64,000 nucleotides of DNA from Bacteroidales bacterium (GCA_963665525.1 OY762280.1:3948084-4012083), one strand, 5' to 3'. Numbered from the stretch's first letter, positions 31,001 to 40,119 are shown. A program made the numbers and translations. The notes: generated from the letters alone by a model not told the origin.

Positions 31001-31200
31001 CTGTTAAAGATGAATTAAATCTTGAAATTTCATATGACAATGCTAAAGTTAAAATTTTCAATGCTACAGGTGCAGTTGTTAAAGAAGTGGAACTTAATGG
31101 AGAGAAAATAATTAATGTTTCTGATCTGGCAACTGGTTTATATATTCTTACTGTTGAGGATGAAAAAGGTCCTATTACAGAAACATTTGTAAAACAATAA
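28066..31200 (+). CDS. Multidomain secreted C1 (papain-like) cysteine peptidase with PKD, two GEVED-type, two FN3 domains and a T9SS C-terminal domain
   Basis: Catalytic residues are QGGCGSCYSFGA, NHAIALVGWG and NSWGTSWGENGYMRI. It also has a PKD-like block (FTDES...WSWSFEGGTPSTS), two YGEVEDYTV motifs, two FN3 repeats and a KLFPNPVKDELNL...GLYILTV tail. I set the start at the ATG at 28066. Confidence 0.9.
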   Translation: MKKFTLLTLTLTLILSFTLWAQKGYINPAAKYSEMLGYRYEIQNTKAGGEVGMVHLPDGQIVNAWDFYKGKVAQEFSYAAKLGFDLETEVVKKNGFTTERAVCIRMNKGIEERIPLLELMELNGEPLNAEVQRTAPSIYEKATVDPSFSASKSLPTEFDWRDYNGHAYIGEARDQGGCGSCYSFGATACAEGTYNYATGSYDSNAADFSEGWIAFCLSEMSAYSSHFSGCNGADYEYMELQALVDVGHIDESYFPYSDANNQSCPSTTDNAPKIQFEGWYRVPSSDVDAIKTAIMTYGVVDAAVYVTTSFQNYSGGVWSDSNSGCSNGAYTTTNHAIALVGWGHDATEGDYWILRNSWGTSWGENGYMRISVNSAAVDCAVCYMVYQNVPQPPVAGFSADATTVVAGSTVNFTDESANNPTSWSWSFEGGTPSTSTTQNPSVTYNTLGTYNVTLTATNAEGNDTETKTAYINVVDEIINYCESAGNNFSYEWIAGVQVGDFSNTSGAAGYTDFTNLTANLTAGQTYNITLTPDFSGSTYDEYWKIWIDLNHDGDFDDAGENVFDQGGMSKTTVTGTITIPSGTASTTTRMRVTMKYNGEPTACETSFSYGEVEDYTVFIGGGDDEAPTAPSGLAASNITMTSVSLSWNAATDNVGVTGYQVYQNGSLLANTTGTSYNVTGLNSGTNYSYYVIAEDAAGNESAQSNTVNITTLTDTEAPTTPTGLASSGIAQTSFTLSWNASTDNVAVTGYNVYQDGTLLTNTSATSFSVTGLSPATTYAYYVTAEDAAGNISGVSGTLNVTTTDEVIVVDYCDLYATNTVFEWIDLVGLNDLYNESSKNGGYADFTNLVANVSQGTSYTAYISAGFRRRTYTEYWNVWIDFNIDGEFTSDEIVVQGSVADGDVYTATVDIPATATIGQTRMRAAMWDTDYPSSCGSYKYGEVEDYTVNITAKSAPSGRLVSGKQLGNDEVAGIKLFPNPVKDELNLEISYDNAKVKIFNATGAVVKEVELNGEKIINVSDLATGLYILTVEDEKGPITETFVKQ
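29938..30480 (+). repeat. Intragenic tandem duplication (2 x 273 nt) encoding two FN3 modules
   Basis: EAPTAPSGLAASNIT...YYVIAEDAAGNES is matched by EAPTTPTGLASSGIA...YYVTAEDAAGNIS. The repeat period is 273 nt (29938 and 30211). Confidence 0.8.
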
Positions 31201-31222
31201 TTGTTAATTTCTAGGATAATTG

Positions 31223-31255
31223 AAAGAGCTCCAATTTGGAGCTCTTTCTTTTTTT
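31223..31255 (+). terminator. Strong rho-independent terminator after the peptidase gene
   Basis: The stem aaagagctcc / ggagctcttt is 10 bp with a 5-nt loop, followed by cttttttt. Confidence 0.85.
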
Positions 31256-31447
31256 AAATTTCTACGAAAATGACTTTTTAGGGGTCAATCTTTGTCGTTT
31301 ATCGATAAACAGTAAATAATTAAAAAAGTAATGTTACTTTTCGGGTGTTAATTTCATGGTTATCCAAAATATTAATTTGTAATTTTTTAGGCCTCTTGGT
31401 CTAACACTCTATTTAACCCAAACATTCTAATTTATTAGTCTTAACCC

Positions 31448-31472
31448 AAAAGAGCCAACGGCTCTTTTTTTC
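31448..31472 (+). terminator. Second, orphan terminator-like hairpin about 200 nt downstream of the first
   Basis: aaagagcc aac ggctcttt followed by ttttttt. No annotated CDS ends here. Confidence 0.5.
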
Positions 31473-31528
31473 TTTTGATAACCTCTATTAATCTTTTTCG
31501 TATTTATATTGTCTTATAAAGAAAACTT

Positions 31529-32911
31529 ATGAAAAAGATAATCTTATTATTACTGGCAACTTTTACATTATTAACATGTAATAACAATTTATCAGACAAA
31601 TTAAGTGATAAAGAGGTGGTTGATTTAATTTTTGAATCATCCAAAACAAATTACGAAGCATATAATAACTTACAATACTTAACAGAAAATTTTCCAAAAC
31701 GTTTAGCGTGTTATCGTCAGGGTATTGAAGCTGCAGAGTGGACCAAAGCAGTAATGGAACAGATGGATTTGGATGAAGTGTTTTTGCAAGAAGCTAATGT
31801 AATGAACTGGAAAAGAGGAGATGCGGAAATCGGGAAAATAATTGTAGGTGAAGAGGAAATTAATGTGAACGTTTGTGCTTTAGGTCGAGGAATAGGAACA
31901 GGGGATGCAGGTATTGAAGCTGAGGTATTAGAAGTTGACGGTTTAGAAGCTTTACAAAAGCTGTCAAAATCAGAAGTGAAAGGTAAAATAGTTTTTTTTA
32001 ATGGAGCAATGAATCCAGAATATGAAAACCCGTTTAAAGCTTACGGAGAAACTGCAGGACAAAGATTTACAGGACCAATTTTAGCTGCTGAATATGGAGC
32101 AGTAGGGACTGTTATTAGATCATTAACAACTTCAATTGATGAATTTCCTCATACCGGAACAACGCGTAAAGCAAATGATGAAGAAACAGTTCCTGCCGTT
32201 TGTATAGCAACAAAACATGCTAATTTATTAAGTGAACAGCTTAAGACCAATCCTAAATTGAAATTCTATTTTAGAACAACTTGTGAGAATCTTCCAGACA
32301 CAATTTCTTATAATGCAATTGGTGAAATTACAGGATCAGAATTTCCGAATGAGTATATTACCGTGGGAGGTCATTTAGATTCCTGGGATAACAGCCCGGG
32401 AGCTCATGATGATGGAGGAGGATGTATGCAAGCAATGGAGATGCTTCGAATTTTTAAAGAGATTGGATATAAACCGAAACATTCCATAAGAGCCGTTATG
32501 TTTATGGACGAAGAAATATCGCAAGGCGGAGGCAGGGCATATGCTGAACAAGCTAAATTGAAAGGTGAAAAGCATATTCTTGCCATCGAAAGTGATAGGG
32601 GTGTAACTCAACCGCGTGGTTTTACTATGGATGCAAATTCCCAAGTTATTGAAAAATTAACTTCATACAAGTATTTGTTTGAACCATATGATATTACTGT
32701 TTTTGAGGCAGGTTATGGTGGTGTTGATATTAGTCCTTTAAAAGAATTTGGGACGCCTGTTCTTGGACTTGATGTGGATGCAACTAACTATTTTAAATGG
32801 CATCATTGTGCCAATGATACTTTTGATCAGGTTAAAAGAGAAGAAATGCAAAAAGGAGCAGCTACTATGGCTGCCCTTATATATTTAGTAGATAAATATG
32901 GTTTAGAATAG
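31529..32911 (+). CDS. M28-family aminopeptidase with PA domain
   Basis: It has a signal/lipoprotein N-terminus and the zinc-binding blocks GGHLDSWDNSPGAHDDGGG and MFMDEE. Confidence 0.9.
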   Translation: MKKIILLLLATFTLLTCNNNLSDKLSDKEVVDLIFESSKTNYEAYNNLQYLTENFPKRLACYRQGIEAAEWTKAVMEQMDLDEVFLQEANVMNWKRGDAEIGKIIVGEEEINVNVCALGRGIGTGDAGIEAEVLEVDGLEALQKLSKSEVKGKIVFFNGAMNPEYENPFKAYGETAGQRFTGPILAAEYGAVGTVIRSLTTSIDEFPHTGTTRKANDEETVPAVCIATKHANLLSEQLKTNPKLKFYFRTTCENLPDTISYNAIGEITGSEFPNEYITVGGHLDSWDNSPGAHDDGGGCMQAMEMLRIFKEIGYKPKHSIRAVMFMDEEISQGGGRAYAEQAKLKGEKHILAIESDRGVTQPRGFTMDANSQVIEKLTSYKYLFEPYDITVFEAGYGGVDISPLKEFGTPVLGLDVDATNYFKWHHCANDTFDQVKREEMQKGAATMAALIYLVDKYGLE

Positions 32912-33043
32912 ATATATTCTATTTTTAAAATTTTATTCTGTGATTTTTATAAAATCAGGTTTTAAATAACAGGATTGTATAAAGAATAATATTAATTTCG
33001 TAGAAGTATCGTTTTATGGTTAATTTACGAAAGAGTATTATTC

Positions 33044-36000
33044 ATGAAAAAACTATTCAAAGTATTTATATGGTTCGTATTTACAATACTTGTTTTAATT
33101 ATTGTATTAATCAGCGTAGCTAAATTAGCTGAAAATAAGATTGCAAATATTGCCCTACAGAAAGTGAGCGAAAGTATAGAAGCTCCGGTTGCAATGGATG
33201 AGGTGTCGTTTACTTTATTGCGACGATTTCCTTTAGCAACTATCGAACTGAATAATGTAAAACTTGGCTCGTCAGTTATTAAGAATAGTAAAGATTCATT
33301 AGACTACAATACAGATACCATTGTTAGTATCGACAAAATTTATGTTTCGGTAAAATCAAGACCTCTTATAAAAGGTATTATCGAAATTATGAAAGTTGAT
33401 GTTGAAGGGGCTAATATAAACTATCATGTAGACACGAGTGGTGTTACAAATATTGATTTTTTAATGAGTTCTACTGATTCAACTGAAGTTGATACAAGCT
33501 CTTCGAGCCCTTTAAATTTAACCTTAACAGATTTAACACTTAGTAATGTTATTTGTAATTATAATGATGAATTACTTGGAGCAAAGGCAAGAGTTACAAT
33601 TCCTGATTTAAAGTTAGATGCTAAACTTCTAGGTGATGATATGAAGGCCTCTGTAAAAGGAGACATTTTATTTGATAAATGTTCATACGATCAAACAAAT
33701 CTATATTTAATGAATCAGCTAAGTATAGGATTGGATGCTGATTATGAGAACGATTCAGTGCAAATACACGAATTGTTAATAAATACCGATGGTGCATTGT
33801 TAAATGTATTGGGAAGTGTTAAGTTGGGAGATATTATTAAAACCGATGTGTCGGTTAATGGTTCGTATTTTATACTTGAAGATTTAATTAAATATGTACC
33901 GGCAGAAATGCAGAAAGAATTTAGTTTAAATGATATTTCTGGAAAGTTAAACTTGGATGCTAAGATAGCAGGAAATTATTCCGAAGTTGAAATACCGCGA
34001 GTGGATGCTACAATTCAGTTACTCGAAGGAAATGTCAAAACGAAAGATTATCCTGAGTTAAAAAATATTGAATTAAAAGGGAGTGTGAGTAATGGAATCT
34101 TAAAGAATAATCAGTCTACCCAGGCTAAATTTGATAAAGTACATTTCGAAACAGCAAAGAGTAAATTTGATATTGTGTTTTCAATATTAGATATTGATCA
34201 TCCAAAATATAATGTGACAACTAATTTAGATATTAATCTAGCAGAATTTAGACAATTCATTCCCGATTCACTTATTGAGCACATTGATGGAAATATTATT
34301 GCAAGTTTATCTACAAAAGGAGAGCTTCCAGATTCCATAGGTGATGATTTTATTGATCAGGTAATGGCAAATAGTAAATTGAATGTTCAACTGAATGGGT
34401 TGAATGTTGATATGACATCATCCTTATCAATAGAAAATTTGTCAACAGCTTTTACATATAAACCGAATAATTTTTCAGTAAGTAACTTAAATATCGATGT
34501 TCCTGCATATAATTTTGAATTAAGAAACACATCCTTAAATACCGACTTTTACGGTAGTATAAATAATCTTGCTGCTTTAAGATTAAATGTTAAAGATTAT
34601 CATATTGAAACAAAAGGAGCTGAGATATCAGGTTATGTTAAAGTAAAAAACCTTGAACAACCAAGTTATGACACTCATACTAAATTAGTTTTTGCACTTG
34701 ATGAAACAAAAGCCTTACTTCCCGATTCATTGCTTTCCGAATTGAAAGGAAAATTAATGGTCGATATTAAATCAAAAGCTACATTAAATTTAGATTCAAT
34801 TGCCGATCAGGCTATTGATGCTGCATTTAATAAAAGTGTGGTTAAAGTAAATATGGATCAAATCACAGCGGTTTTACCTGATAATCCATACACAATAGAG
34901 AATTTGTCGGGAAATATTCAAATGAGTCCTGAGGCTGTGAAAATAGATAAAATGTCGGGAGTGGCAGCAGGAATTACCTTTAATATTGACTCAACAGAAG
35001 TGTGGAATTCTTATGAGACATTTGTAATGGGAAGTAAAAAAGAGATTTTTACTTTACAAACAAATATTACTATTGATGAGATTAATAATGATCTTCTTCA
35101 AACATTTATGCCTACTGATACAACAAGTGAGTTAATTTCAGAACAAGTTGAAGAATCTGATGTGCCAGATCGAACCGATGGAGCTAATCCTGATAATAAA
35201 GAGCCTGCTGATACAACAATTAAATATTTACTTCCTGATTTAAGTCAGTTTGGATTACCTCATTTCTTAGTTCGCGGGAAACTAGCTATAAAAAGGGTAG
35301 AGTATGGTAAAAATATTGTGGATGATATTTCAGTGAAATTCCGTTTTGCTGACAGTTTGTATGTTATCGATCAATTTAAATTGAAAACTTGTGAGGGCGA
35401 ATTAAATACTTCGTTAAAAGTGGATGCTCGTAATTGGGAAAACCCGGTGATTGATGTTAAAAATTATATCAGCAACCTTAATGTAAAAACTCTGCTAATG
35501 GCCAACGATAATTTTGGAGATTCATCGTTAACTTACGAAAAAGTAACAGGATTATTAACCAGCGAATTACATGTAAGGGCATTTTATGAAAACGGAGAGT
35601 TTCCAACTAATAAAGTAAAAGCTCAGGGAGACTTTACCTTAGAAGATGGAAGTATTCATGGATATGAACCTTTAGTAGAGTTATCAAAAAATAAAATTGT
35701 AGGAGGATTAAAAGAGTTGGATGAGCTCGATTTTAATACTTTAAAAACGGCCATCTTTATGAGAAAAGGAAAAATCTTTATTCCTAAAACCAATATTATT
35801 ACTTCATCGATGGATATTACTGCTTTTGCAATGCATGGCTTAGAAGGAGATTACGAATATCACTTAAAGTTAAATTTAGGAGATGTATTAACAGGTAAGA
35901 ACGATGAAATTATGAAGGAACAGGCCAAGCAGAATAAAGCAGACGGCAGTACTGTTGAAAGAAGTGGAATTAAGTTATATTCTATGGAATATAATGGGAA

Positions 36001-36178
36001 TAGGAAAAATGGTTTCGATAATGATAAATTGGAGAAGAAATTTAAACAAGAATTAAATAAGCAGGATGGACTGTTAAGATTATCATTTAAACCCGAATTG
36101 GTTAACTTTAGCACGGATCTTGATAGAACAAAAAGGAATCAAGATATTATTGATGAATACGGAAAGAAAAGTGAGTAA
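33044..36178 (+). CDS. AsmA-family / TamB-like large envelope protein
   Basis: 1044 aa with a single N-terminal TM anchor, a long beta-rich repetitive body and a C-terminal AsmA-like region. Confidence 0.75.
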   Translation: MKKLFKVFIWFVFTILVLIIVLISVAKLAENKIANIALQKVSESIEAPVAMDEVSFTLLRRFPLATIELNNVKLGSSVIKNSKDSLDYNTDTIVSIDKIYVSVKSRPLIKGIIEIMKVDVEGANINYHVDTSGVTNIDFLMSSTDSTEVDTSSSSPLNLTLTDLTLSNVICNYNDELLGAKARVTIPDLKLDAKLLGDDMKASVKGDILFDKCSYDQTNLYLMNQLSIGLDADYENDSVQIHELLINTDGALLNVLGSVKLGDIIKTDVSVNGSYFILEDLIKYVPAEMQKEFSLNDISGKLNLDAKIAGNYSEVEIPRVDATIQLLEGNVKTKDYPELKNIELKGSVSNGILKNNQSTQAKFDKVHFETAKSKFDIVFSILDIDHPKYNVTTNLDINLAEFRQFIPDSLIEHIDGNIIASLSTKGELPDSIGDDFIDQVMANSKLNVQLNGLNVDMTSSLSIENLSTAFTYKPNNFSVSNLNIDVPAYNFELRNTSLNTDFYGSINNLAALRLNVKDYHIETKGAEISGYVKVKNLEQPSYDTHTKLVFALDETKALLPDSLLSELKGKLMVDIKSKATLNLDSIADQAIDAAFNKSVVKVNMDQITAVLPDNPYTIENLSGNIQMSPEAVKIDKMSGVAAGITFNIDSTEVWNSYETFVMGSKKEIFTLQTNITIDEINNDLLQTFMPTDTTSELISEQVEESDVPDRTDGANPDNKEPADTTIKYLLPDLSQFGLPHFLVRGKLAIKRVEYGKNIVDDISVKFRFADSLYVIDQFKLKTCEGELNTSLKVDARNWENPVIDVKNYISNLNVKTLLMANDNFGDSSLTYEKVTGLLTSELHVRAFYENGEFPTNKVKAQGDFTLEDGSIHGYEPLVELSKNKIVGGLKELDELDFNTLKTAIFMRKGKIFIPKTNIITSSMDITAFAMHGLEGDYEYHLKLNLGDVLTGKNDEIMKEQAKQNKADGSTVERSGIKLYSMEYNGNRKNGFDNDKLEKKFKQELNKQDGLLRLSFKPELVNFSTDLDRTKRNQDIIDEYGKKSE

Positions 36179-36191
36179 GAGTAAAATCATA

Positions 36192-36803
36192 ATGCGTTTT
36201 TTAATTGTACTGGTACTAATTGTTGTTGCTGTAGTATTGTTTCAAAAGAAGAAGGATAACCGGGTTGAAGCTAATATTTTTCAGAATGAGATGGATATTG
36301 TGCATGGTTCTGATAGCGCTGATTTAACTATTTACTTGTTTTCGAATTATACTTGCGCTTTTTGCAGGAAGTTTTTCAATAATGTATATCCTGAATTAAA
36401 AAAAGAATATATCGATAGTGGAAAAGTAAAATTAGTAATAAAACCTATTGCTTTAACAAATAATGAAGCCGTTATTAATTCATTAAAAATTGTAGTTTGT
36501 TTAAATAAATACGGAAACATGGAAAAGCTTCATGAATTATTATTACTAGAACCTAAAGTAATATATTCGGGTAAGTTTGAACAGGTTGTTGATGAGTTAA
36601 CTGCAAAAGATGAATTTGTTGCTGAATGTATGTTAGGAGGTGAAGCAGAGGTGTATTTATCGAGAAACTTAATTGACTTTAAAAGATTAAATTGTACAGG
36701 TACCCCAACTTTTGTTATCAATAATAAAATATATAAAGGTTACGTTGAATATGAAAGGTTTAAAAAAGTAGTTGAAAAAGAACGTCAATATGCTTTACAT
36801 TAG
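36192..36803 (+). CDS. DsbA-like thioredoxin-fold protein
   Basis: It has an N-terminal TM anchor, the CxxC motif CAFC and a C-terminal GTPTFVINNK cis-Pro-type block. I set the start at the ATG at 36192, because the longer ORF overlaps the AsmA gene. Confidence 0.75.
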   Translation: MRFLIVLVLIVVAVVLFQKKKDNRVEANIFQNEMDIVHGSDSADLTIYLFSNYTCAFCRKFFNNVYPELKKEYIDSGKVKLVIKPIALTNNEAVINSLKIVVCLNKYGNMEKLHELLLLEPKVIYSGKFEQVVDELTAKDEFVAECMLGGEAEVYLSRNLIDFKRLNCTGTPTFVINNKIYKGYVEYERFKKVVEKERQYALH

Positions 36804-36861
36804 CCGTATTATTCATTAATTTGCACTTTTAAATAGAATTAATTTTAAACTCAGATATAAG

Positions 36862-37242
36862 ATGAAAGTAAAGAAGTATTTAGTTTGGATGATGATGGTT
36901 CTTGCAGTTGCTATTGTAGCTTGTGAAGATGATGAACCAACCGAATCTTGCGATAGCGAAGATTTGTCTGCTGATTTTCAATGCCCTGAAGATGTTGATG
37001 CAATAGCTACTTTTTGTAGTGATGGTACAAATAGATCATACTATACTTTTGGTGGTACCGATTATTATTGTACAGGAGTGGAGGCATCAACTTGCGACGC
37101 TGCTTTAAATACGATAAGTAATTTATTACTTGAGGCAGGATGTAGTTCAAAAAAGAAATCAATGGAGGCTGGACTAATTAAGTTAACTACTATGGCAGAA
37201 AACTTGCTCGAAGAAGTGAGAACAGGTTCTGTTTGTGAGTAG
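36862..37242 (+). CDS. Cys-rich acidic lipoprotein, unknown function
   Basis: The lipobox AIVAC is followed by EDDEPTE. The mature part has eight further Cys. I recognise no family. Confidence 0.55.
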   Translation: MKVKKYLVWMMMVLAVAIVACEDDEPTESCDSEDLSADFQCPEDVDAIATFCSDGTNRSYYTFGGTDYYCTGVEASTCDAALNTISNLLLEAGCSSKKKSMEAGLIKLTTMAENLLEEVRTGSVCE

Positions 37243-37263
37243 TACTTACTCTAAAGATAAAAG

Positions 37264-37293
37264 AAAACGGACAAATTTTATTTGTCCGTTTTT
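37264..37293. terminator. Bidirectional terminator between convergent genes
   Basis: The stem aaaacggacaaa / tttgtccgtttt is 12 bp with a 5-nt loop, and A/T runs flank both sides. Confidence 0.8.
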
Positions 37294-37313
37294 ATATTGT
37301 TAGTTTTTACTTT

Positions 37314-37844
37314 TTAGTCTTTTGAAGAGAAAGAAAACTTTTTTTTTTGCTTCTTAAGTTTTGCTTCAAGCTTTTCACCACGTAAGTTAACTCCAATAAT
37401 AGTACCTTCACCATCAATTAAATAACTGACAGGAATACTTTTTACTCCATAGGCCTGGGCAGCAGCATTTTTCCACCCTTTTAAATCGCCAACATGGTAA
37501 GGCCAATCTAGCTTATCGTCTTGAATTGCTTTTTCCCAAAAAGCTTTATGAAAATCAAGAGAAACACTAAGAACCGTAAATCCATTGCCGTTTTTAAATT
37601 TTGCATCCTTGTATTCATGGTAAGCTTTAACAATATTTGGATTTTCTTTTCGACATGGCTTACACCATGCAGCCCAAAAATCAATTAAAACCAATTTACC
37701 TTTTAAGTCCGATAATTGAAACTCTTCACCTGAAATTAAATTTAAGTTTATTTCTGGTGCTTTATCACCAACTTTAAAATCTTGACTAAAAGAATTAAAT
37801 GCTATTAAACTAAGCGCAAAAAGAATAATCTGTTTTGTTCTCAT
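37314..37844 (-). CDS. TlpA/ResA-family thiol-disulfide oxidoreductase
   Basis: It has a signal peptide and the motif LIDFWAAWCKPCRKENP, with thioredoxin-fold length. Confidence 0.9.
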   Translation of the reverse strand: MRTKQIILFALSLIAFNSFSQDFKVGDKAPEINLNLISGEEFQLSDLKGKLVLIDFWAAWCKPCRKENPNIVKAYHEYKDAKFKNGNGFTVLSVSLDFHKAFWEKAIQDDKLDWPYHVGDLKGWKNAAAQAYGVKSIPVSYLIDGEGTIIGVNLRGEKLEAKLKKQKKKFSFSSKD

Positions 37845-37930
37845 TATAAAAAACTTCTAAAAATTATCACCTTGCTAAGATACATAATATATGAATAACG
37901 CTTGTATCAATATTTTGTTTTAGAAAGAAA

Positions 37931-37962
37931 AACCCTGTCAAGGTTTAAACTCTGACAGGGTT
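37931..37962. repeat. Palindromic intergenic hairpin
   Basis: aaccctgtca - 12 nt - tgacagggtt, a perfect 10-bp inverted repeat. Confidence 0.5.
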
Positions 37963-37984
37963 GGCAATATTATACTGTTTCTTT

Positions 37985-38050
37985 TGTCACTCTGAGCTTG
38001 TCGAAGAGTGAGTTAGTATTTGTTAATCCTTCGATAAACTCAGGATGACA
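37985..38050. repeat. REP-like element: two inverted copies of a ~25-nt motif (TGTCAyyCTGAG..TCGAAGrr)
   Basis: tgtcactctgagcttgtcgaagagtga and the reverse complement of atccttcgataaactcaggatgaca share the motif. Each copy is itself a small hairpin (tcactct/agagtga and atcct/aggat). Confidence 0.6.
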
Positions 38051-38067
38051 AAAACTAAATAGTAATA

Positions 38068-40119
38068 TTAGTTATATGTTGGTAAGAAAGAATATTCTTC
38101 ACCATACTTTAACATTTGTTTAGTATAGTTATCAGGATATTCAACTTTAATGTCCACGATTTTATCATTTTCCATTACTGGAATTAATTCAGGATTTACA
38201 AAACCACCAAATACAGCACGGTTCAATTTTGCATATCTCTCTAATAATTCTTTATGTAAATCATAATCAATTTGTACTCCATAATCTTCAACAAGAGCTT
38301 CACCAGCTGCATAATCACCTTCTGATTTGATTCGTTGAACTTCAGCTAATAATTCACCGAAAATAATTCTTAGTTTTTCGTAATCGTTAATTCTAATATA
38401 AGTTTTATCATTACTGGTATACATTTCAATTACGTTTTCAGCTTTCCCTTTTTCATAAGCCCATTTCGAAATCATTTGACGACCACGCATATGAGCTTGC
38501 TCAACATTTTTACCAAGCTTGATTCTTGCCAACTGACCCATTAATCCATTTAAGATATACGAATCGTATTGTGCTTTGTATGCTTCAGCATCAGGTAATA
38601 ATCCTAATTCAACCATTTTAGCATCTGGTAAATAGTACAGACCAAACAAGTCAGCACGTGATTCTTCAAGAGGTGTTTGATATCCTTTTAATGCTCCAGG
38701 ATCTGTTCCTGGTAATAATTGACCACTACCATGACCTACAACCTCATGTAAATCGGTATGTAACATTCCAGTAATGTCAATATATTTTTTGTAACGTTCT
38801 TTTACCTCTTCCGATTCAACAAACTCGTCAAGATAACCTGAACGTCCTCCCTGGCTGTATGAGAAACCAATATTTTTTAAAGTAACAGATTTCGATCCAT
38901 GATCTTTACGAATCCAATCAGCATTTGGCAAGTTAATTCCTAATGGAGAATTTGGATAACAAGCGCCGCCTAACTGCACAACATCAATTACTTTTGCTGT
39001 AACACCAGTAACTTTTTCTTTCTTAAATTGCTTAGCAACCGGAGAATGATCTTCGAACCATTGTGCTTGTTGACCAATAACTTCAGTTAATTCTGTAGCT
39101 TTTTCATTTTTAACATTTACCACTGATTCCCAAGCTGCTTTCATTGCCATTGGATCGTCGTAAACTTCAATAAATCCATTAACATAATCAATTTTTACAT
39201 CGGTATTACCAGCCCAAAGAACATTGTATTCGTCCCAAATTTCCAAATCACCAGTTTTATAATATTCAATCAATAATTCAAATTCTTTCGCTTGAGTTTC
39301 GTTTTCAGCAACAGTTTTAGCTTTTTCTAACCAATAAATTATTTTTTGGATAGCAGCTCCGTACATTCCATCAGCAGTGTAAGCAATTTCTTTTACTTTA
39401 CCATTCTCTTTAACAACTTTAGTATTTAAACCATAGCTAATAGGAGTTGGGTCGTTTTTATCAACTATAGCATCGTAATATTTATTAACTTCTTCAAGAT
39501 TGACACCTTCGTAGAAATTACTTGCCGAATTAGCAACAATATCAGTTCCTTTTTCGGATGCTACTTTTTTAGCATATAAATTAGGATCAAACATAATTGG
39601 AGTTGCTTTAGTTATTAATTCTTCAACAGTTTGATTTTCTTCTAACGGAAGTTTTGATGCATCAGAATTAAGAACTAAATTCTTGAAATACTCTTCGCTA
39701 AATTCAGGTAAAAACTTATCGGTTGAATAGTGATGATGAATACCTGCCGAGAACCAAACACGTTTGGTATAGTTCATAAATTTGGTAAAATCTTCACTTG
39801 TTTTATCGCCAGTATAAGAAGCAACTATTGCATCTAATGTTCTACGGATAAATAAATTGTGTTTAAAGTTTTGATCAAAAGTAATATCTCTACCACATTT
39901 TGCCGCTTCGCTTAAATAATATAAGAGCTCTTTTTGGCGTAAATCTAAACTTTCGAAATCAGGAATTTGATAGCGTAAAATTCTGATCTCTTCAAAACGA
40001 TCAATTTCGTATTGGAATTCTCCTTCTTCTGTTTGTGCAGGTTTTTCAACACAACCAGAAATAAATAAACTTGTCATTAATATAAAAATTAAAGAAATGA
40101 ATGATAAATACTTTTTCAT
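38068..40119 (-). CDS. M49-family metallopeptidase (dipeptidyl-peptidase III-like) lipoprotein
   Basis: It has the lipobox ISGC, the zinc motif HEVVGH and the second motif EESRAD, about 50 residues apart as in DPP III. Confidence 0.85.
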   Translation of the reverse strand: MKKYLSFISLIFILMTSLFISGCVEKPAQTEEGEFQYEIDRFEEIRILRYQIPDFESLDLRQKELLYYLSEAAKCGRDITFDQNFKHNLFIRRTLDAIVASYTGDKTSEDFTKFMNYTKRVWFSAGIHHHYSTDKFLPEFSEEYFKNLVLNSDASKLPLEENQTVEELITKATPIMFDPNLYAKKVASEKGTDIVANSASNFYEGVNLEEVNKYYDAIVDKNDPTPISYGLNTKVVKENGKVKEIAYTADGMYGAAIQKIIYWLEKAKTVAENETQAKEFELLIEYYKTGDLEIWDEYNVLWAGNTDVKIDYVNGFIEVYDDPMAMKAAWESVVNVKNEKATELTEVIGQQAQWFEDHSPVAKQFKKEKVTGVTAKVIDVVQLGGACYPNSPLGINLPNADWIRKDHGSKSVTLKNIGFSYSQGGRSGYLDEFVESEEVKERYKKYIDITGMLHTDLHEVVGHGSGQLLPGTDPGALKGYQTPLEESRADLFGLYYLPDAKMVELGLLPDAEAYKAQYDSYILNGLMGQLARIKLGKNVEQAHMRGRQMISKWAYEKGKAENVIEMYTSNDKTYIRINDYEKLRIIFGELLAEVQRIKSEGDYAAGEALVEDYGVQIDYDLHKELLERYAKLNRAVFGGFVNPELIPVMENDKIVDIKVEYPDNYTKQMLKYGEEYSFLPTYN

